Below, one piece after another: positions 17,009 through 28,983 of a stretch of 32,000 nucleotides of DNA. The stretch covers positions 1,318,275 to 1,350,274 of the forward strand of contig NZ_OX241534.1 in NCBI RefSeq assembly GCF_945836005.1. The letters are read 5' to 3'. The translations under genes and the position numbers were made by a program. Source of the stretch: Candidatus Nitrosacidococcus sp. I8 (GTDB taxonomy: Bacteria; Pseudomonadota; Gammaproteobacteria; Nitrosococcales; Nitrosococcaceae). The number at the start of each line of letters is the position of its first letter. The first letter of the stretch is position 1. The notes beneath the pieces are model-generated. The model had not been told where the DNA came from, searched no databases, and was given only the letters and a program-made list of their open reading frames with translations.

Positions 17009-17479
17009 TTATAGAGATAATCCTAGTAAAAATGCATCTTCCCGTCCTTTTCTAGCAGGATAATACCCTTTTCTAATTCCTATTTCATTAAAACCAAACT
17101 TATAATACAAGGATAAAGCCCGATGGTTAGAGGGGCGTACTTCAAGAAAAACTACCTGAGCACTTAGTGTTTTAGAGATCTTTAAAAGATGTGCAAGTAT
17201 ATAATGCCCACATCCTTGATGTTGATAGTCTGGATGTACACAGATATTGAGTATATGAGCTTCTCCTACCCGTACGGAAACTATGCCATAGCCGTATATT
17301 TTTTTATCCCGCTCATATACCCATGCTTCATATCCAGCATATAAACAATCTGCAAAAGTATGATATGTCCATGGAAAAGCACAAGCAGTTTTTTCAATCA
17401 TAACTACAGCATCTAAATCCTCATCTTGCATTGGTCTCGGAGAGAAGCCACGTAATTTTTTTAAGAAATCCCTAAACAA
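17009..17479 (-). CDS. rimI: Ribosomal-protein-alanine N-acetyltransferase (GNAT)
   Basis: 156 aa. FPWT motif and acetyl-CoA site ICVHPDYQHQGCGHYIL. EVRPSNHRALSLYYKFGF and GREDAFLL resemble E. coli RimI. The true start may be the internal Met at 17431. Confidence 0.88.
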   Translation of the reverse strand: MFRDFLKKLRGFSPRPMQDEDLDAVVMIEKTACAFPWTYHTFADCLYAGYEAWVYERDKKIYGYGIVSVRVGEAHILNICVHPDYQHQGCGHYILAHLLKISKTLSAQVVFLEVRPSNHRALSLYYKFGFNEIGIRKGYYPARKGREDAFLLGLSL

Positions 17480-17503
17480 TGTAGTTACTTAAATTAATAA
17501 TGA

Positions 17504-18190
17504 TTAATTACCTAATTCTAATTTTTTAAAGGTATTTAATGCAAATTGTAAATCTTGCCAAGCATCAGCCTTTTTTGAGGGGGATCGAAGTAAATACGCA
17601 GGATGATAAGTAATAACTAACGGAACGTTTGTATTTGGATATCGATGAACTTGATTACGTAACTTTCCTAGAGCTTCCGAAGTATTTAATAAATTTTGAG
17701 CAGCAATTCTCCCTAGAGCTAAAATAAGCAGAGGGTTCAATAAAGCAATTTGGTTTTCAAGATGGGACTTACATTGCATTATCTCTTCAGGAGCAGGGTC
17801 CCGATTATTTGGAGGGCGACATTTTAAGATATTAGTGATATAAATTTGAGAGCGCTGTAATCCTAGAGCTTTAAACATCTCATTAAGAAGCTGACCAGCA
17901 CGACCTACAAAAGGCTCACCTTGTTTATCCTCATCAGCGCCAGGAGCCTCTCCTATAATAAGCCACTTTGCTTTTTTATCCCCTGTGCCAAAAACGGTTT
18001 GAATACGGGTTTTATATAAAGAACAAGCGGTGCAATTACTTACCTTTAAAGCAAGTTTTTCCCATCCATTTTTTGAAGGATTTTTTTTTTCTATTTCCCT
18101 TCTCTCTGATTTTAAGGTATCTAAAAATTTACGGCGTTGCCAAAGGGTAACTCCCATGGCATTTAGATAATGCAAATGGGACATCTTCAT
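17504..18190 (-). CDS. Family-4 uracil-DNA glycosylase (4Fe-4S) with about 40-aa N-terminal extension
   Basis: 228 aa. Motif [24 protein letters not shown] and motif B HPAYLLR. Four Cys (CTAC, KCRPP, MQCK). The N-terminal extension carries [13 protein letters not shown]. Confidence 0.9.
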   Translation of the reverse strand: MKMSHLHYLNAMGVTLWQRRKFLDTLKSERREIEKKNPSKNGWEKLALKVSNCTACSLYKTRIQTVFGTGDKKAKWLIIGEAPGADEDKQGEPFVGRAGQLLNEMFKALGLQRSQIYITNILKCRPPNNRDPAPEEIMQCKSHLENQIALLNPLLILALGRIAAQNLLNTSEALGKLRNQVHRYPNTNVPLVITYHPAYLLRSPSKKADAWQDLQFALNTFKKLELGN

Positions 18191-18199
18191 AAAAAATTA

Positions 18200-19732
18200 T
18201 TATACTTGAGGATAATTTTTACTAATAGGGTTTAGTATTTTATTAAATGCATTTACATAGGCCTTTGCCGAAGCAATTACGATATCTGTATCTGATCCTT
18301 GTCCATTAACAATACGACCATCTTTTTCTAGCCGGACTGTAACTTCTCCTTGAGAATCAGTACCGCTTGTAATATTATTTACAGAATAAAGAGTAAGTTT
18401 TACTTCGTGCTTTAAAATAAAATCAATGGCTTTGTAAGTGGCATCTACAGGTCCACTACCTATGGATTCTGCTTGGTGCTCAACTCCATCTACACTTAGA
18501 GTTACAGATGATCTAGGTATTTCTCCAATTTCAGAAATTGCCCTTAAGTATAATAACTTAAACCGCTCATTTTCTACTGTTAAATGAGTATCAGTCACTA
18601 GTGCTTGAAGATCTTCATCATAGATCTCATGCTTTTTATCAGCAAGCTCTTTGAATTTTTGAAATGTAGTATTTAAATCTTCAGTTTTAAGATCAATCCC
18701 TAAATCATGAAGCCGTGATTTAAATGCGTTGCGCCCAGAATGCTTACCTAAGACCATACGATTTGTATACCAACCTACATCCTCTGCACGCATAATTTCG
18801 TAAGTTTCCCGCTCTTTAAGCACACCATCTTGATGAATGCCAGATTCATGAGCAAAGGCATTAGCACCCACGATTGCTTTATTAGGCTGGACAGGAAATC
18901 CTGTAATCCCTGAAACTAAACGGGAAGTAGGTACAATTTGTGTCGCATCAATACGAGTATCACAAGAAAATAGATCTCGCCGAGTCCGCACTGCCATAGT
19001 GATTTCTTCAAGCGCAGCATTACCTGCTCTTTCTCCAAGCCCATTAATGGTACATTCAACTTGACGAGCACCGTTTATTACAGCAGTCAAAGAGTTAGCT
19101 ACAGCTAAACCTAAATCATTGTGGCAATGTACAGAAAATATTGCTTTATCTGAATTAGGTACTCTCTCTATCAGGGTACTGATAAGTTTTCCAAATTGAT
19201 CTGGAAAATTATAACCTACCGTATCAGGAATATTAATTGTATTCGCCCCTGCTTTAATCACTGCTTCAATAATTCGACATAAAAAATCAATTTCTGATCT
19301 TCCGGCATCTTCAGGGGAAAATTCTATATTATCTGTGTACTTTTTTGCTCTCTGGATAGCTCTAATCGCATAATCTAGAACTTGATCAGAATCCATTCTG
19401 AGTTTAGCTTTCATGTGGATTGGTGAAGTAGCTATAAAAGTATGAATACGGGCCGAATTCGAGCCCGCTAAAGATTCTCCTGCTCGGTCAATGTCCTCTT
19501 TTAATGCACGTGCTAATCCACATACGGTGCTTTCTTTAATAAGATGAGCTACAGCACGTACTGCTTCAAAATCTCCTTGGCTTGCAGCAGGAAATCCAGC
19601 TTCAATTACATCTACTCTCATTCGTTCAAGAGCCTTTGCAATACGCAACTTTTCATCCTGCGTCATAGAGGCACCTGGGCTTTGTTCTCCATCCCGCAAA
19701 GTGGTGTCAAAAATAATTAATCTGTTTTCCAT
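18200..19732 (-). CDS. leuA: 2-isopropylmalate synthase
   Basis: 510 aa. Motifs [14 protein letters not shown] and [13 protein letters not shown], plus a C-terminal LeuA dimerisation/regulatory domain. Confidence 0.97.
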   Translation of the reverse strand: MENRLIIFDTTLRDGEQSPGASMTQDEKLRIAKALERMRVDVIEAGFPAASQGDFEAVRAVAHLIKESTVCGLARALKEDIDRAGESLAGSNSARIHTFIATSPIHMKAKLRMDSDQVLDYAIRAIQRAKKYTDNIEFSPEDAGRSEIDFLCRIIEAVIKAGANTINIPDTVGYNFPDQFGKLISTLIERVPNSDKAIFSVHCHNDLGLAVANSLTAVINGARQVECTINGLGERAGNAALEEITMAVRTRRDLFSCDTRIDATQIVPTSRLVSGITGFPVQPNKAIVGANAFAHESGIHQDGVLKERETYEIMRAEDVGWYTNRMVLGKHSGRNAFKSRLHDLGIDLKTEDLNTTFQKFKELADKKHEIYDEDLQALVTDTHLTVENERFKLLYLRAISEIGEIPRSSVTLSVDGVEHQAESIGSGPVDATYKAIDFILKHEVKLTLYSVNNITSGTDSQGEVTVRLEKDGRIVNGQGSDTDIVIASAKAYVNAFNKILNPISKNYPQV

Positions 19733-19861
19733 AGTAAATAAGATCCCCTACATTATTAATGTATATTAACTTAAAATTTAAAAGTAGCTTAGTTAAATGT
19801 TAATAATTGGATATTCGCCCTTAAATAGGCAATAGTAGGAGAGTAAATAAATTAATGAAAT

Positions 19862-20647
19862 TTATTCCTCATTAATATGAGATGGAGAAATAGGACGGCG
19901 CTGTATTCTACGTTGACGAAGTTGCACTAAAGTAATCAATGGGCCAGATATGGAATATAACAAAGCACAGATAAACAATACTTTAGGAGGATCAGTAGAA
20001 ACTAAAATAAATATTAATACTACTGCTAAAATTGCTATAAAAGGCACTTGATCATGATTGTAGAAATTTTTAAAACTATAGTAGCGAATATTGCTCACCA
20101 TAAAGATAGCGATGAGTATAGTTAGTACAAGTGCAAAAAGCCTAAGATCAAATCCTGGTATATCAAGATCAGTTGCAACCCACACTAACCCTATTAAACA
20201 AGCTGCTGCGGCAGGGCTTGCAAGTCCTTGAAAATAACGCTTATCAGCAGTCCCAACTTGGGTATTAAATCGTGCTAGTCGTAATGCTGCACAAGCAGCA
20301 TAAAGAAATGCTGCAGACCAGCCTATTTTCCCAAGAGTGTGCAGTGACCATTCATAAACAATAAGAGCCGGGCCCATACCGAAAGAAACCATATCCGATA
20401 GACTATCATATTCAGCTCCAAAAGCACTTTCAGTATTCGTAATACGGGCTATCCTACCATCAATACCATCCATTAGCATAGCGATGAAAATAGCAACTGC
20501 TGCTGCTTCAAAGCGGCCATTTATAGCAGCAATGATTCCATAAAACCCTGCAAACAGTCCCGTTGTAGTAAACAAGTTAGGTAGAAGATAAATCCCCCTA
20601 CGGCGCCGACCACCTATTTTCAATGGTCTAGAAGATTCTAAACTCAC
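19862..20647 (-). CDS. pssA: CDP-diacylglycerol--serine O-phosphatidyltransferase
   Basis: 261 aa, polytopic. CDP-alcohol phosphatidyltransferase motif DGIDGRIAR-x8-GAEYDSLSD. ilvC-pssA adjacency as in pseudomonads. Confidence 0.9.
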   Translation of the reverse strand: MSLESSRPLKIGGRRRRGIYLLPNLFTTTGLFAGFYGIIAAINGRFEAAAVAIFIAMLMDGIDGRIARITNTESAFGAEYDSLSDMVSFGMGPALIVYEWSLHTLGKIGWSAAFLYAACAALRLARFNTQVGTADKRYFQGLASPAAAACLIGLVWVATDLDIPGFDLRLFALVLTILIAIFMVSNIRYYSFKNFYNHDQVPFIAILAVVLIFILVSTDPPKVLFICALLYSISGPLITLVQLRQRRIQRRPISPSHINEE

Positions 20648-20660
20648 CGGCTAATAAAAA

Positions 20661-21707
<1,047 letters not shown>

Positions 21708-21744
21708 TTAATTTATTTAGTGGTTTACTAATCATTAAAAAAAA

Positions 21745-22239
21745 TTATGGCTGTAGTGCTTTTTTTCCTCGAGTAATACCTATTGCACCAGATCGAACAG
21801 TTTCTAGGATTTTAAATCCACTAAAAGCCTGAAGAAATGCATCTTGCTTGCTTACGCTACCGGTAAGCTCTATAGTATAGGTATTGTCAGTTACATCAAT
21901 GATATTACCTCGAAAAATATCACTTAACTGCTTTGCCTCATTGCGTTCAGTTGCTGAAGCAGCCCATAGCTTAAGTAGCATTAATTCTCGTTCAATATGC
22001 TCCCCTTTATTTAGATCCTCTGCTATAACTACATCAACCAGCTTATCTAGCTGTTTTAATACTTGTGCTATCAATTTATCTGATCCTGAAGTAACCAGAG
22101 TCATTCGAGATAGAGAAGGATCTTCTGTAGGGGCTACTGATAAAGATTCAATATTATATCCACGAGCAGAAAATAAGCCTGCAACTCGAGATAAAGCTCC
22201 AGATTCATTTTCCATTAATAGGGAAATAATATGACGCAT
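21745..22239 (-). CDS. ilvH: Acetolactate synthase small (regulatory) subunit
   Basis: The ORF-track start (22290) would overlap ilvI by 23 nt. The ATG at 22239 gives MRHIISLLMENESGALSRVAGLFSARGYNIESL, the canonical ACT-domain N-terminus (164 aa). Confidence 0.93.
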   Translation of the reverse strand: MRHIISLLMENESGALSRVAGLFSARGYNIESLSVAPTEDPSLSRMTLVTSGSDKLIAQVLKQLDKLVDVVIAEDLNKGEHIERELMLLKLWAASATERNEAKQLSDIFRGNIIDVTDNTYTIELTGSVSKQDAFLQAFSGFKILETVRSGAIGITRGKKALQP

Positions 22240-22267
22240 ATTTCTATATATCCTATTGCTATAAGAA

Positions 22268-23992
22268 TTACAGTGTATTACATTGGGCACTTAAGTGCAT
22301 TTCATGATGCCCCTTGCCTGCGGCAATCATAGGATACACGTTCTCTGTTTGATCGGTGATGAAATCTAGAAATACTAAACGATCCTTGAGAGCAAAAGCT
22401 TCTTTTAATGCTGCTTCTATATCGCTTGGTTTTTCAATACGTATACCTACGTGACCATAAGCCTCAGCAAGTTTTACGAAATCTGGAAGGGCATCCACAT
22501 AAGAATGAGAATAGCGCCGATCATAAAAAAACTCCTGCCACTGCCGAACCATACCCATATAGCGATTATTTAGGTTAATAATTTTTATAGGTAAATCATA
22601 TTGCTTACAGGTTGAAAGTTCCTGGATGCACATTTGGATACTTGCTTCTCCTGTTACACAGGCAACTAGAGATTCTGGATATGCAAATTGAACCCCCATT
22701 GCAGCAGGTAATCCAAATCCCATTGTGCCTAATCCACCTGAATTAATCCAATGTCTTGGCTGATCAAACTTATAAAGTTGAGCAACCCACATCTGATGTT
22801 GGCCTACATCAGATGTAACATAGGCAAATCTTTCTTTAGTTAATTCATAGAGTCTTTCAATAACGTACTGAGGCTTAATTAGCTCATTACTTTTTTGATA
22901 TTGTAAACAGTTTATATTTTGCCACTGTTTAATTTGATTCCACCATTGGGATAGTGCATTTTGATCTGGATTTTGATTAGTGCTCTTTAATATTTCGATA
23001 CATTGCTTAAGTACTACTTTTACATCTCCTATAATAGGAATATGAGCATGTATATTCTTTGATATACTTGAGGGATCAATATCAATATGGATAATTTTAG
23101 CATAGGGGCAAAATTGATTAATATTGCCTGTTACCCGATCATCAAAACGTGCACCTATAGCAATCAGTACATCACACTCATGCATGCCCATGTTAGCCTC
23201 ATAAGTTCCATGCATCCCCAACATTCCAATAAACTGAGAATCAGTAGCTGGATAAGCACCTAATCCCATAAGCGTGCTGGTAATAGGGTAACCAAGTAGA
23301 CGAACAAATTGAGTAAGCTCATTAGCAGCATTACTAATGACTACTCCACCGCCAGTATATATCATTGGCTTTTTTGCAGAGATCAGCAAATCAACAGCTT
23401 CTTCTAGCCTATCGAATTGTTGAAGTGCAACCTTACGATAGGATCTTAGGTTAACCTGTTTGGGGTAGTGGTAAGGAATTTTAATATCAGGATCAGTAAT
23501 ATCTTTAGGTATATCTATCACTACAGGACCTGGGCGACCATTTGTGGCAATATAAAAAGCTTTTTTAAAAGTAGGTGCAATTTCCTCGATACTCTTAACT
23601 AAAAAATTGTGCTTTACGCAAGGTCTTGTAACGCCGACAGAATCCACTTCTTGGAAAGCATCACTACCAATGACTGATCGGGGTACTTGACCAGTGATTA
23701 CTATTAATGGGCTAGAATCCATATAAGCAGTAGCAATGCCAGTGATAGCATTCGTGGCTCCAGGACCAGAAGTAACAAGAACCACCCCTGCCTTGCCAGT
23801 AGATCGAGCATAGCCATCTGCTGCATGAGCAGCTCCTTGTTCATGGCGAACTAAGACATGAGTTATATCTGATTGCTGGTAGAGTGCATCATAGATATGA
23901 AGTACAGCACCTCCTGGATACCCAAAAATGTACTCTACGCCTTCGTCTTTTAGACATTGAACAAGAATTTCAGCCCCACTTAGGCAATTCAC
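22268..23992 (-). CDS. ilvI: Acetolactate synthase large subunit
   Basis: 574 aa. GTG start with AGAGGA SD 7 nt upstream. ThDP enzyme: LSGAEILVQCLKDEGVEYIFGYPGG; the ThDP-binding region includes GLGTMGFGLPAAMG. Confidence 0.96.
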   Translation of the reverse strand: MNCLSGAEILVQCLKDEGVEYIFGYPGGAVLHIYDALYQQSDITHVLVRHEQGAAHAADGYARSTGKAGVVLVTSGPGATNAITGIATAYMDSSPLIVITGQVPRSVIGSDAFQEVDSVGVTRPCVKHNFLVKSIEEIAPTFKKAFYIATNGRPGPVVIDIPKDITDPDIKIPYHYPKQVNLRSYRKVALQQFDRLEEAVDLLISAKKPMIYTGGGVVISNAANELTQFVRLLGYPITSTLMGLGAYPATDSQFIGMLGMHGTYEANMGMHECDVLIAIGARFDDRVTGNINQFCPYAKIIHIDIDPSSISKNIHAHIPIIGDVKVVLKQCIEILKSTNQNPDQNALSQWWNQIKQWQNINCLQYQKSNELIKPQYVIERLYELTKERFAYVTSDVGQHQMWVAQLYKFDQPRHWINSGGLGTMGFGLPAAMGVQFAYPESLVACVTGEASIQMCIQELSTCKQYDLPIKIINLNNRYMGMVRQWQEFFYDRRYSHSYVDALPDFVKLAEAYGHVGIRIEKPSDIEAALKEAFALKDRLVFLDFITDQTENVYPMIAAGKGHHEMHLSAQCNTL

Positions 23993-24096
23993 AACAAATT
24001 CCTCTTTAACTTTATTACTATAAATTCAGATTATACTGTACTTAAAAAATATCCTACTGTTCTAGGAAGTATATAAACTTATACTAGCAAAAAATT

Positions 24097-25140
24097 ATGA
24101 TAAATAGATTAACAATAACTTACCCAGATGACTGGCATTTACATGTACGAGACGAAAGTGCGTTAGTGCATACTGTTTTTGATGCTTCTCAACGCTTTGC
24201 TCGGGCTATCATTATGCCTAATCTCAAACCACCTATAATAACAACTCAGCAAGCATTAGCGTACCGAAATCGAATTCTCTCTGTATTACCTAAAGATAGA
24301 ATATTTCAACCTTTAATGACTCTTTATCTTACTGATAATACCACAGCTGAAGAAATTATCCGTGCTAAAGATAGCGGTTATATATATGGTGTTAAATTAT
24401 ACCCTGCAGGTGTAACCACCAATTCTGATTCTGGTGTAGCCAATCTTGCTAAACTCTATCCTATATTTGAGATATTACAGAGAAAAACACTTCCCTTATT
24501 ACTTCATGGAGAAACCGCTGATTTAAATATTGATATTTTTGATCGAGAAAAAATATTTATAGAACGAAATCTTATTCCTATACTTCATGATTTTCCAGAA
24601 CTTAAAGTAGTGCTAGAGCATATTAGCACCCAAGAAGCAGTAGAATTTATTCAAGCAACGTCATCAAATATTGCCGCAACGATTACCCCACACCATTTAT
24701 TGCTGAATAGGAATGCAATGCTATTAGGAGGTATTCAACCCCATCATTATTGTTTGCCTGTGCTAAAAAGAGAGAAGCATCGCCAAGCACTTATCACTGC
24801 AGCTACTAGTGGTAATCCGAAGTTTTTTTTAGGCACAGATAGTGCACCTCATTCTAAAAGTAATAAAGAATCTGCCTGCGGTTGTGCTGGAATTTACAAT
24901 AGCCATGCAGCTCTAGAAATTTATACTGAAATCTTTGAGGCAGCAGATTCTTTAAATAAACTAGAAGGGTTTACTAGTTTTTATGGTCCGGATTTTTATG
25001 AATTACCTAGGAATCAAGCTAAAATAACCTTAATTAAATCTCCATGGAAAGTGCCCGAAACTCTACCTTTTGGGGATCAAGTATTAATCCCTCTACAAGC
25101 TGGACTCACAATCAATTGGCGTTTAGAAAAAAACCAATAA
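24097..25140 (+). CDS. pyrC: Dihydroorotase (homodimeric class II)
   Basis: 347 aa. Motifs DDWHLHVRD, KLYPAG and FLGTDSAPH. Confidence 0.95.
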   Translation: MINRLTITYPDDWHLHVRDESALVHTVFDASQRFARAIIMPNLKPPIITTQQALAYRNRILSVLPKDRIFQPLMTLYLTDNTTAEEIIRAKDSGYIYGVKLYPAGVTTNSDSGVANLAKLYPIFEILQRKTLPLLLHGETADLNIDIFDREKIFIERNLIPILHDFPELKVVLEHISTQEAVEFIQATSSNIAATITPHHLLLNRNAMLLGGIQPHHYCLPVLKREKHRQALITAATSGNPKFFLGTDSAPHSKSNKESACGCAGIYNSHAALEIYTEIFEAADSLNKLEGFTSFYGPDFYELPRNQAKITLIKSPWKVPETLPFGDQVLIPLQAGLTINWRLEKNQ

Positions 25141-25158
25141 CCCAGGTGATTATATACT

Positions 25159-25878
25159 TTACAATGGTGTACCAATACGATGGGCTACCTCTTCATAAGC
25201 TTCTATAAGCCCGCCTAATCCATGACGAAAACGATCTTTATCTAATTTTTCTCGTGTTTCTATATCCCAGAGACGACATCCATCCGGAGTGAATTCATCT
25301 CCTAATATTAATCGACCTTGATAATCACCAAATTCTAACTTGTAATCTACTAACAGTAGGCCGGCATCTAAAAAGAGTTTTTTCAAAAAATCGTTAACTT
25401 GAAAAGTATAGATCTTCATCTGTTCTACTTGATCTTTAGTAGCCCAGCCAAAAGTTTCAATATGATATTCATTAATCATAGGATCATGAAGTACATCATT
25501 TTTTAGAAAAAACTCAAAGATAGGCGGTTCTAGATCTTCCCCATCTTGTACACCTAGCCTTCGGCATAAACTACCCGTTGCTATATTACGCACTACACAT
25601 TCAATAGGAAGCATTTCTAAATTTTTAACTAGAGATTCTTGAGGGTCGATCAGCTTCTCAAAATGTGTAGGAATGCCAGCCTGATCTAGTTTTTCCATAA
25701 TAAAGGCATTAAATTTATTATTAATTTCCCCTTTTTTATTAAACTGCTCTGTTTTCCCCCCATCAAATGCAGAGGTGTCATCTCGAAAATGTAAAATTAA
25801 CAGCTTAGGATCATGAGTGGTATAGACTGTCTTTGCCTTTCCTGAATAGAGTTTTGCTTGTTTTATATATTCTGCCAT
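25159..25878 (-). CDS. purC: Phosphoribosylaminoimidazole-succinocarboxamide synthase
   Basis: The ORF track starts at a GTG (25893) inside bamC. The ATG at 25878, one nt after the bamC stop, gives [21 protein letters not shown], matching the E. coli PurC N-terminus (MQKQAELYRGKAKTVYST). The rest is colinear. Confidence 0.95.
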   Translation of the reverse strand: MAEYIKQAKLYSGKAKTVYTTHDPKLLILHFRDDTSAFDGGKTEQFNKKGEINNKFNAFIMEKLDQAGIPTHFEKLIDPQESLVKNLEMLPIECVVRNIATGSLCRRLGVQDGEDLEPPIFEFFLKNDVLHDPMINEYHIETFGWATKDQVEQMKIYTFQVNDFLKKLFLDAGLLLVDYKLEFGDYQGRLILGDEFTPDGCRLWDIETREKLDKDRFRHGLGGLIEAYEEVAHRIGTPL

Positions 25879-25879
25879 T

Positions 25880-26902
25880 TTAGACTTGCTCACTTAATTG
25901 TTCACCAATTAAAGATAGCAGGTGTTTTGATACCTGTGTCTCATCTTTATTTCCCTTTTTATCCAGAATAACAATCCGGGTGGAAGGTCCATCTGAAATT
26001 AGTTTGATTTGGTACTGGTTTTGTTTATTTTTATTGTTTTTCTTCTTCCAGAAAGCTAGCTTTGATCTTAGGTTTTTTTTCTCTTCCTTATCATCATCTA
26101 AAAAAGGATCATTATAACGAATATAGTATATACCTCGGGATCTACTATGATCGTCAACTGTAAATCCTTTGCGATCTAAAATAAGCCCTACTTCATCCCA
26201 AACATGAGAGAAATCTTTATCAACTTCTAAAACTGTACCTTGTTCAAGTACACTGACTTGCTGGCTAGGTTGATAATCACTTTCTTCCTCTTTAATCGCT
26301 AGATCTTGTGCATGAAGCACACCTAAGTAATCAGCAAGACTACGGAATGCTGCCTCTTCCTGTTGAGGATTAATATTTTTGCTACGCTGCTTTAGGTGAA
26401 TAATAGAGTGTTGTGGGACTTCCCCATGCTCTATCTGTACTCGATAACTATCTTGATTTGTATTACCAATAACATCCATAAAACCAATACGAATATCCTC
26501 AGCTTTGATCTTAAAATTATTTTCCAACCAAAAGCCATGAATTCTACTCCATACTTGCTCTAAGCTTTCAGGAACTACTAACTGTCGCTTCTTTCCCTCT
26601 CCTTCTATATAAGGTTTTTCATCCGGTTTAATGCCATATATTTCCCGTAAAGGGTTAGTTGCTTGTTCTTTATATTCTAAATAAGTTGCCTTATTTGTAC
26701 TGGTTTCTTTTATATCATCATGAATATTGTTGATACTTAAATTTGGTGGAATTTCAAGAGGAGGTAATGCCTTAGCCTCCCGGTATTTTTTAGTATTATC
26801 CGGTACGATTTTATCTAATGCAGAAAAAGTACGGGCACAGCTGCTGAGGATAACTGTGGTTGCACACATGAGAATTATCCAGCCGTCTCGGCTCCAAAGC
26901 AT
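25880..26902 (-). CDS. bamC: Outer membrane protein assembly factor BamC (lipoprotein)
   Basis: 340 aa. Lipobox ILSS-C. Blocks recalling E. coli BamC ([42 protein letters not shown]...IVILDKKG). Conserved dapA-bamC-purC order. Confidence 0.8.
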   Translation of the reverse strand: MLWSRDGWIILMCATTVILSSCARTFSALDKIVPDNTKKYREAKALPPLEIPPNLSINNIHDDIKETSTNKATYLEYKEQATNPLREIYGIKPDEKPYIEGEGKKRQLVVPESLEQVWSRIHGFWLENNFKIKAEDIRIGFMDVIGNTNQDSYRVQIEHGEVPQHSIIHLKQRSKNINPQQEEAAFRSLADYLGVLHAQDLAIKEEESDYQPSQQVSVLEQGTVLEVDKDFSHVWDEVGLILDRKGFTVDDHSRSRGIYYIRYNDPFLDDDKEEKKNLRSKLAFWKKKNNKNKQNQYQIKLISDGPSTRIVILDKKGNKDETQVSKHLLSLIGEQLSEQV

Positions 26903-26929
26903 AATTTATTATTACGATAGTAGCTATTA

Positions 26930-27814
26930 TCATGGCAAAGCCTGTGCTTGGCTTAAGGCTAGCTCGAGTGGTTGATGATATTGATTTGATAGATGGGTTA
27001 GCGGTAATCGAATTCCTAAATTAATTAGCCCCATTCTATGTAAAGCCCATTTTACTGGGATTGGGTTTGCCTCATAAAATAGAGCTTTATATAAGGGAGT
27101 AAGTTGTTGGTTTATTTGTTTTGCTGTTATTTGATCTTGGTGTAGTGCAGCATCGCATAATTCATGCATCATTCTAGGGGCAACATTAGCAACGACAGAA
27201 ATATTTCCCTTTCCACCTAATAAGATACATTCCATTGCCGTATTATCATCTCCACTATAGAGATCAATTTTCTCCCCACAAAGATCCAAAATTCTTTTTC
27301 CTCGGCTAAGATCTCCGGTAGCCTCTTTTATACCAATAATATTAGGGATATTAGCTAAACGAGCCACTGTTTCCGGTAACAGATCACAACCTGTTCTAGT
27401 TGGTACGTTGTAGAGAATTTGGGGAATAGGAACTGCATCGGCAATAGCTTTAAAGTGTAAATAAAGCCCTTCTTGAGTAGGTCTATTATAGTAGGGTGTG
27501 ACAAGCAGGCATGCACCAGCCCCCGCATCTAAAGCTGCTCGAGTAAGATCAATTGCTTCACTTGTGCAATTTGCCCCAGTACCTGCGATAATAGGTATTC
27601 GACCTTGTACTTGGCGAATAATCTCTTGGATAATATTGATATGCTCTTTAATATCTAAAGTAGCAGATTCTCCTGTAGTGCCTACCGCTACAATCGCATC
27701 TGTCTTATTTTCCAAGTGAAAATCTACCAACCGAGATAAATTTTCCCAATCTACCGCACCATCCATATACATTGGAGTAACTAAGGCAACCATACTACCA
27801 TGAATCATAATCAT
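26930..27814 (-). CDS. dapA: 4-hydroxy-tetrahydrodipicolinate synthase
   Basis: 294 aa. Motifs GSMVALVTPM, VGTTGES and IIGIKEATGD (active-site Lys). The start could be the third codon (27808). Confidence 0.96.
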   Translation of the reverse strand: MIMIHGSMVALVTPMYMDGAVDWENLSRLVDFHLENKTDAIVAVGTTGESATLDIKEHINIIQEIIRQVQGRIPIIAGTGANCTSEAIDLTRAALDAGAGACLLVTPYYNRPTQEGLYLHFKAIADAVPIPQILYNVPTRTGCDLLPETVARLANIPNIIGIKEATGDLSRGKRILDLCGEKIDLYSGDDNTAMECILLGGKGNISVVANVAPRMMHELCDAALHQDQITAKQINQQLTPLYKALFYEANPIPVKWALHRMGLINLGIRLPLTHLSNQYHQPLELALSQAQALP

Positions 27815-27935
27815 TCTATAAAGACTCAGTTTAAATAATATTGCTTATGACTATTTTCCAGTAAAAAAATTCTCTTGTATTTACACTGTACTGAATAATA
27901 AAGTAGATAAGCAAAGGGTTATAAATAAAAATACA

Positions 27936-28469
27936 ATGGAGCAGCATTTAGTTATTTTAGCGATTGGAAAAAACCAGCCTAATCTTCTAAAAGAAGTAGG
28001 AAACACTATATTAAATAGTGGCTGCAATATTAAAGATAGCCGAGTAACGCTTATGGGATCAGAATTTAGCATATCACTCTTTGTTTCCGGTTCTTGGAAT
28101 ACAATTGCTAAGCTGGAATCAATGCTCCCTATACTTAAACAAAAATTAGCCCTTTCTATACTAACGCAACGTACCCAACCTAATGCTGATCACAAATTTA
28201 TTCATTATGTAGCAAAAATCACTGCGGCACTATATCAGCCTCATATTTTTCATGAGCTCGCTATTTTCTTTTTTGATCAAAATATTTTAATTGAGGAAAT
28301 AGATACCCACTGTTATCAGGGTTCGGGAGGTGTCACTTTATTTTCAGTAAGCATCATTATACACTTACCTACTCATTTATCTATTGCTACACTAAGAAAT
28401 CAATTTTTAGATTTATGTGATAACTTAAATTTAGATGATGCTTTCTTAGAACCTATTCAAGGACGCTAA
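27936..28469 (+). CDS. gcvR: Glycine cleavage system transcriptional repressor-like protein (tandem ACT)
   Basis: 177 aa. LVILAIGKNQPNLLKEVGNTILNSGCNIKDSRVTLMGSEFSISLFVSGSWN parallels the E. coli GcvR N-terminus. dapA / gcvR-bcp arrangement as in E. coli. Confidence 0.8.
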   Translation: MEQHLVILAIGKNQPNLLKEVGNTILNSGCNIKDSRVTLMGSEFSISLFVSGSWNTIAKLESMLPILKQKLALSILTQRTQPNADHKFIHYVAKITAALYQPHIFHELAIFFFDQNILIEEIDTHCYQGSGGVTLFSVSIIIHLPTHLSIATLRNQFLDLCDNLNLDDAFLEPIQGR

Positions 28470-28478
28470 TTACTTCTT

Positions 28479-28949
28479 ATGTCTAAAATTACTGTTGGAT
28501 CTGAAGTTCCTGATTTTGAGATTCCCTCAACCGCTAATAAATCTTTTAAACTCTCTCAATTCAAAGGCCAAAACATAGTGCTCTATTTCTACCCAAAAGA
28601 TGATACCCCAGGGTGTACTAGAGAAGGGCAAGCTTTTCGAGATCTATCTGAAGAGTTTGAACAGGCAAATACGCTTATTTTTGGCATTTCTAAAGACAGT
28701 ATTCAATCCCACGAAATTTTTAGAAACCAGCAGCACTTTCCTTTTGATTTACTATCAGATGAGAATGAAGTGATTTGCCAACTATTTGATGTTATTAAGC
28801 CTAAAAAAATTTTTGGGAAAGATACTAAAGGAATTGAGCGTAGTACTTTTCTTATAGATAAAAATGGGGTTTTACATAAAGAGTGGCGCCAAGTTAAAGT
28901 AGAAGATCATGTAATAGAAGTACTAGATATAGCTAAAGCACTAGATTAG
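28479..28949 (+). CDS. bcp: Thiol peroxidase Bcp (peroxiredoxin)
   Basis: 156 aa. Motif YFYPKDDTPGCTREG with the peroxidatic Cys. Confidence 0.93.
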   Translation: MSKITVGSEVPDFEIPSTANKSFKLSQFKGQNIVLYFYPKDDTPGCTREGQAFRDLSEEFEQANTLIFGISKDSIQSHEIFRNQQHFPFDLLSDENEVICQLFDVIKPKKIFGKDTKGIERSTFLIDKNGVLHKEWRQVKVEDHVIEVLDIAKALD

Positions 28950-28983
28950 CTCTTCCTTATAGTTAGAATTAGAATAAGTACAC

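Noticed and set aside
19749-19763. 15-nt palindrome TACATTA-t-TAATGTA just upstream of the leuA start, considered as an Lrp/LeuO-type operator.
   Set aside because: It is a pure-AT-biased 7+7 repeat, and many such repeats are expected by chance. It matches no consensus I can name. It sits 17-31 nt from the ATG with no identifiable promoter.
28920-28953. Two ACTAGAT-containing elements (GTACTAGATATAGCTA and GCACTAGATTAGCTCT) in the 3' end of bcp, 30-64 nt before nrdA. They were considered as NrdR boxes.
   Set aside because: Only the first resembles the NrdR palindrome core. The second is poor. Their centre-to-centre spacing of about 18 bp does not fit the roughly three-helical-turn spacing of known paired NrdR boxes. 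I cannot support the call without a profile scan.
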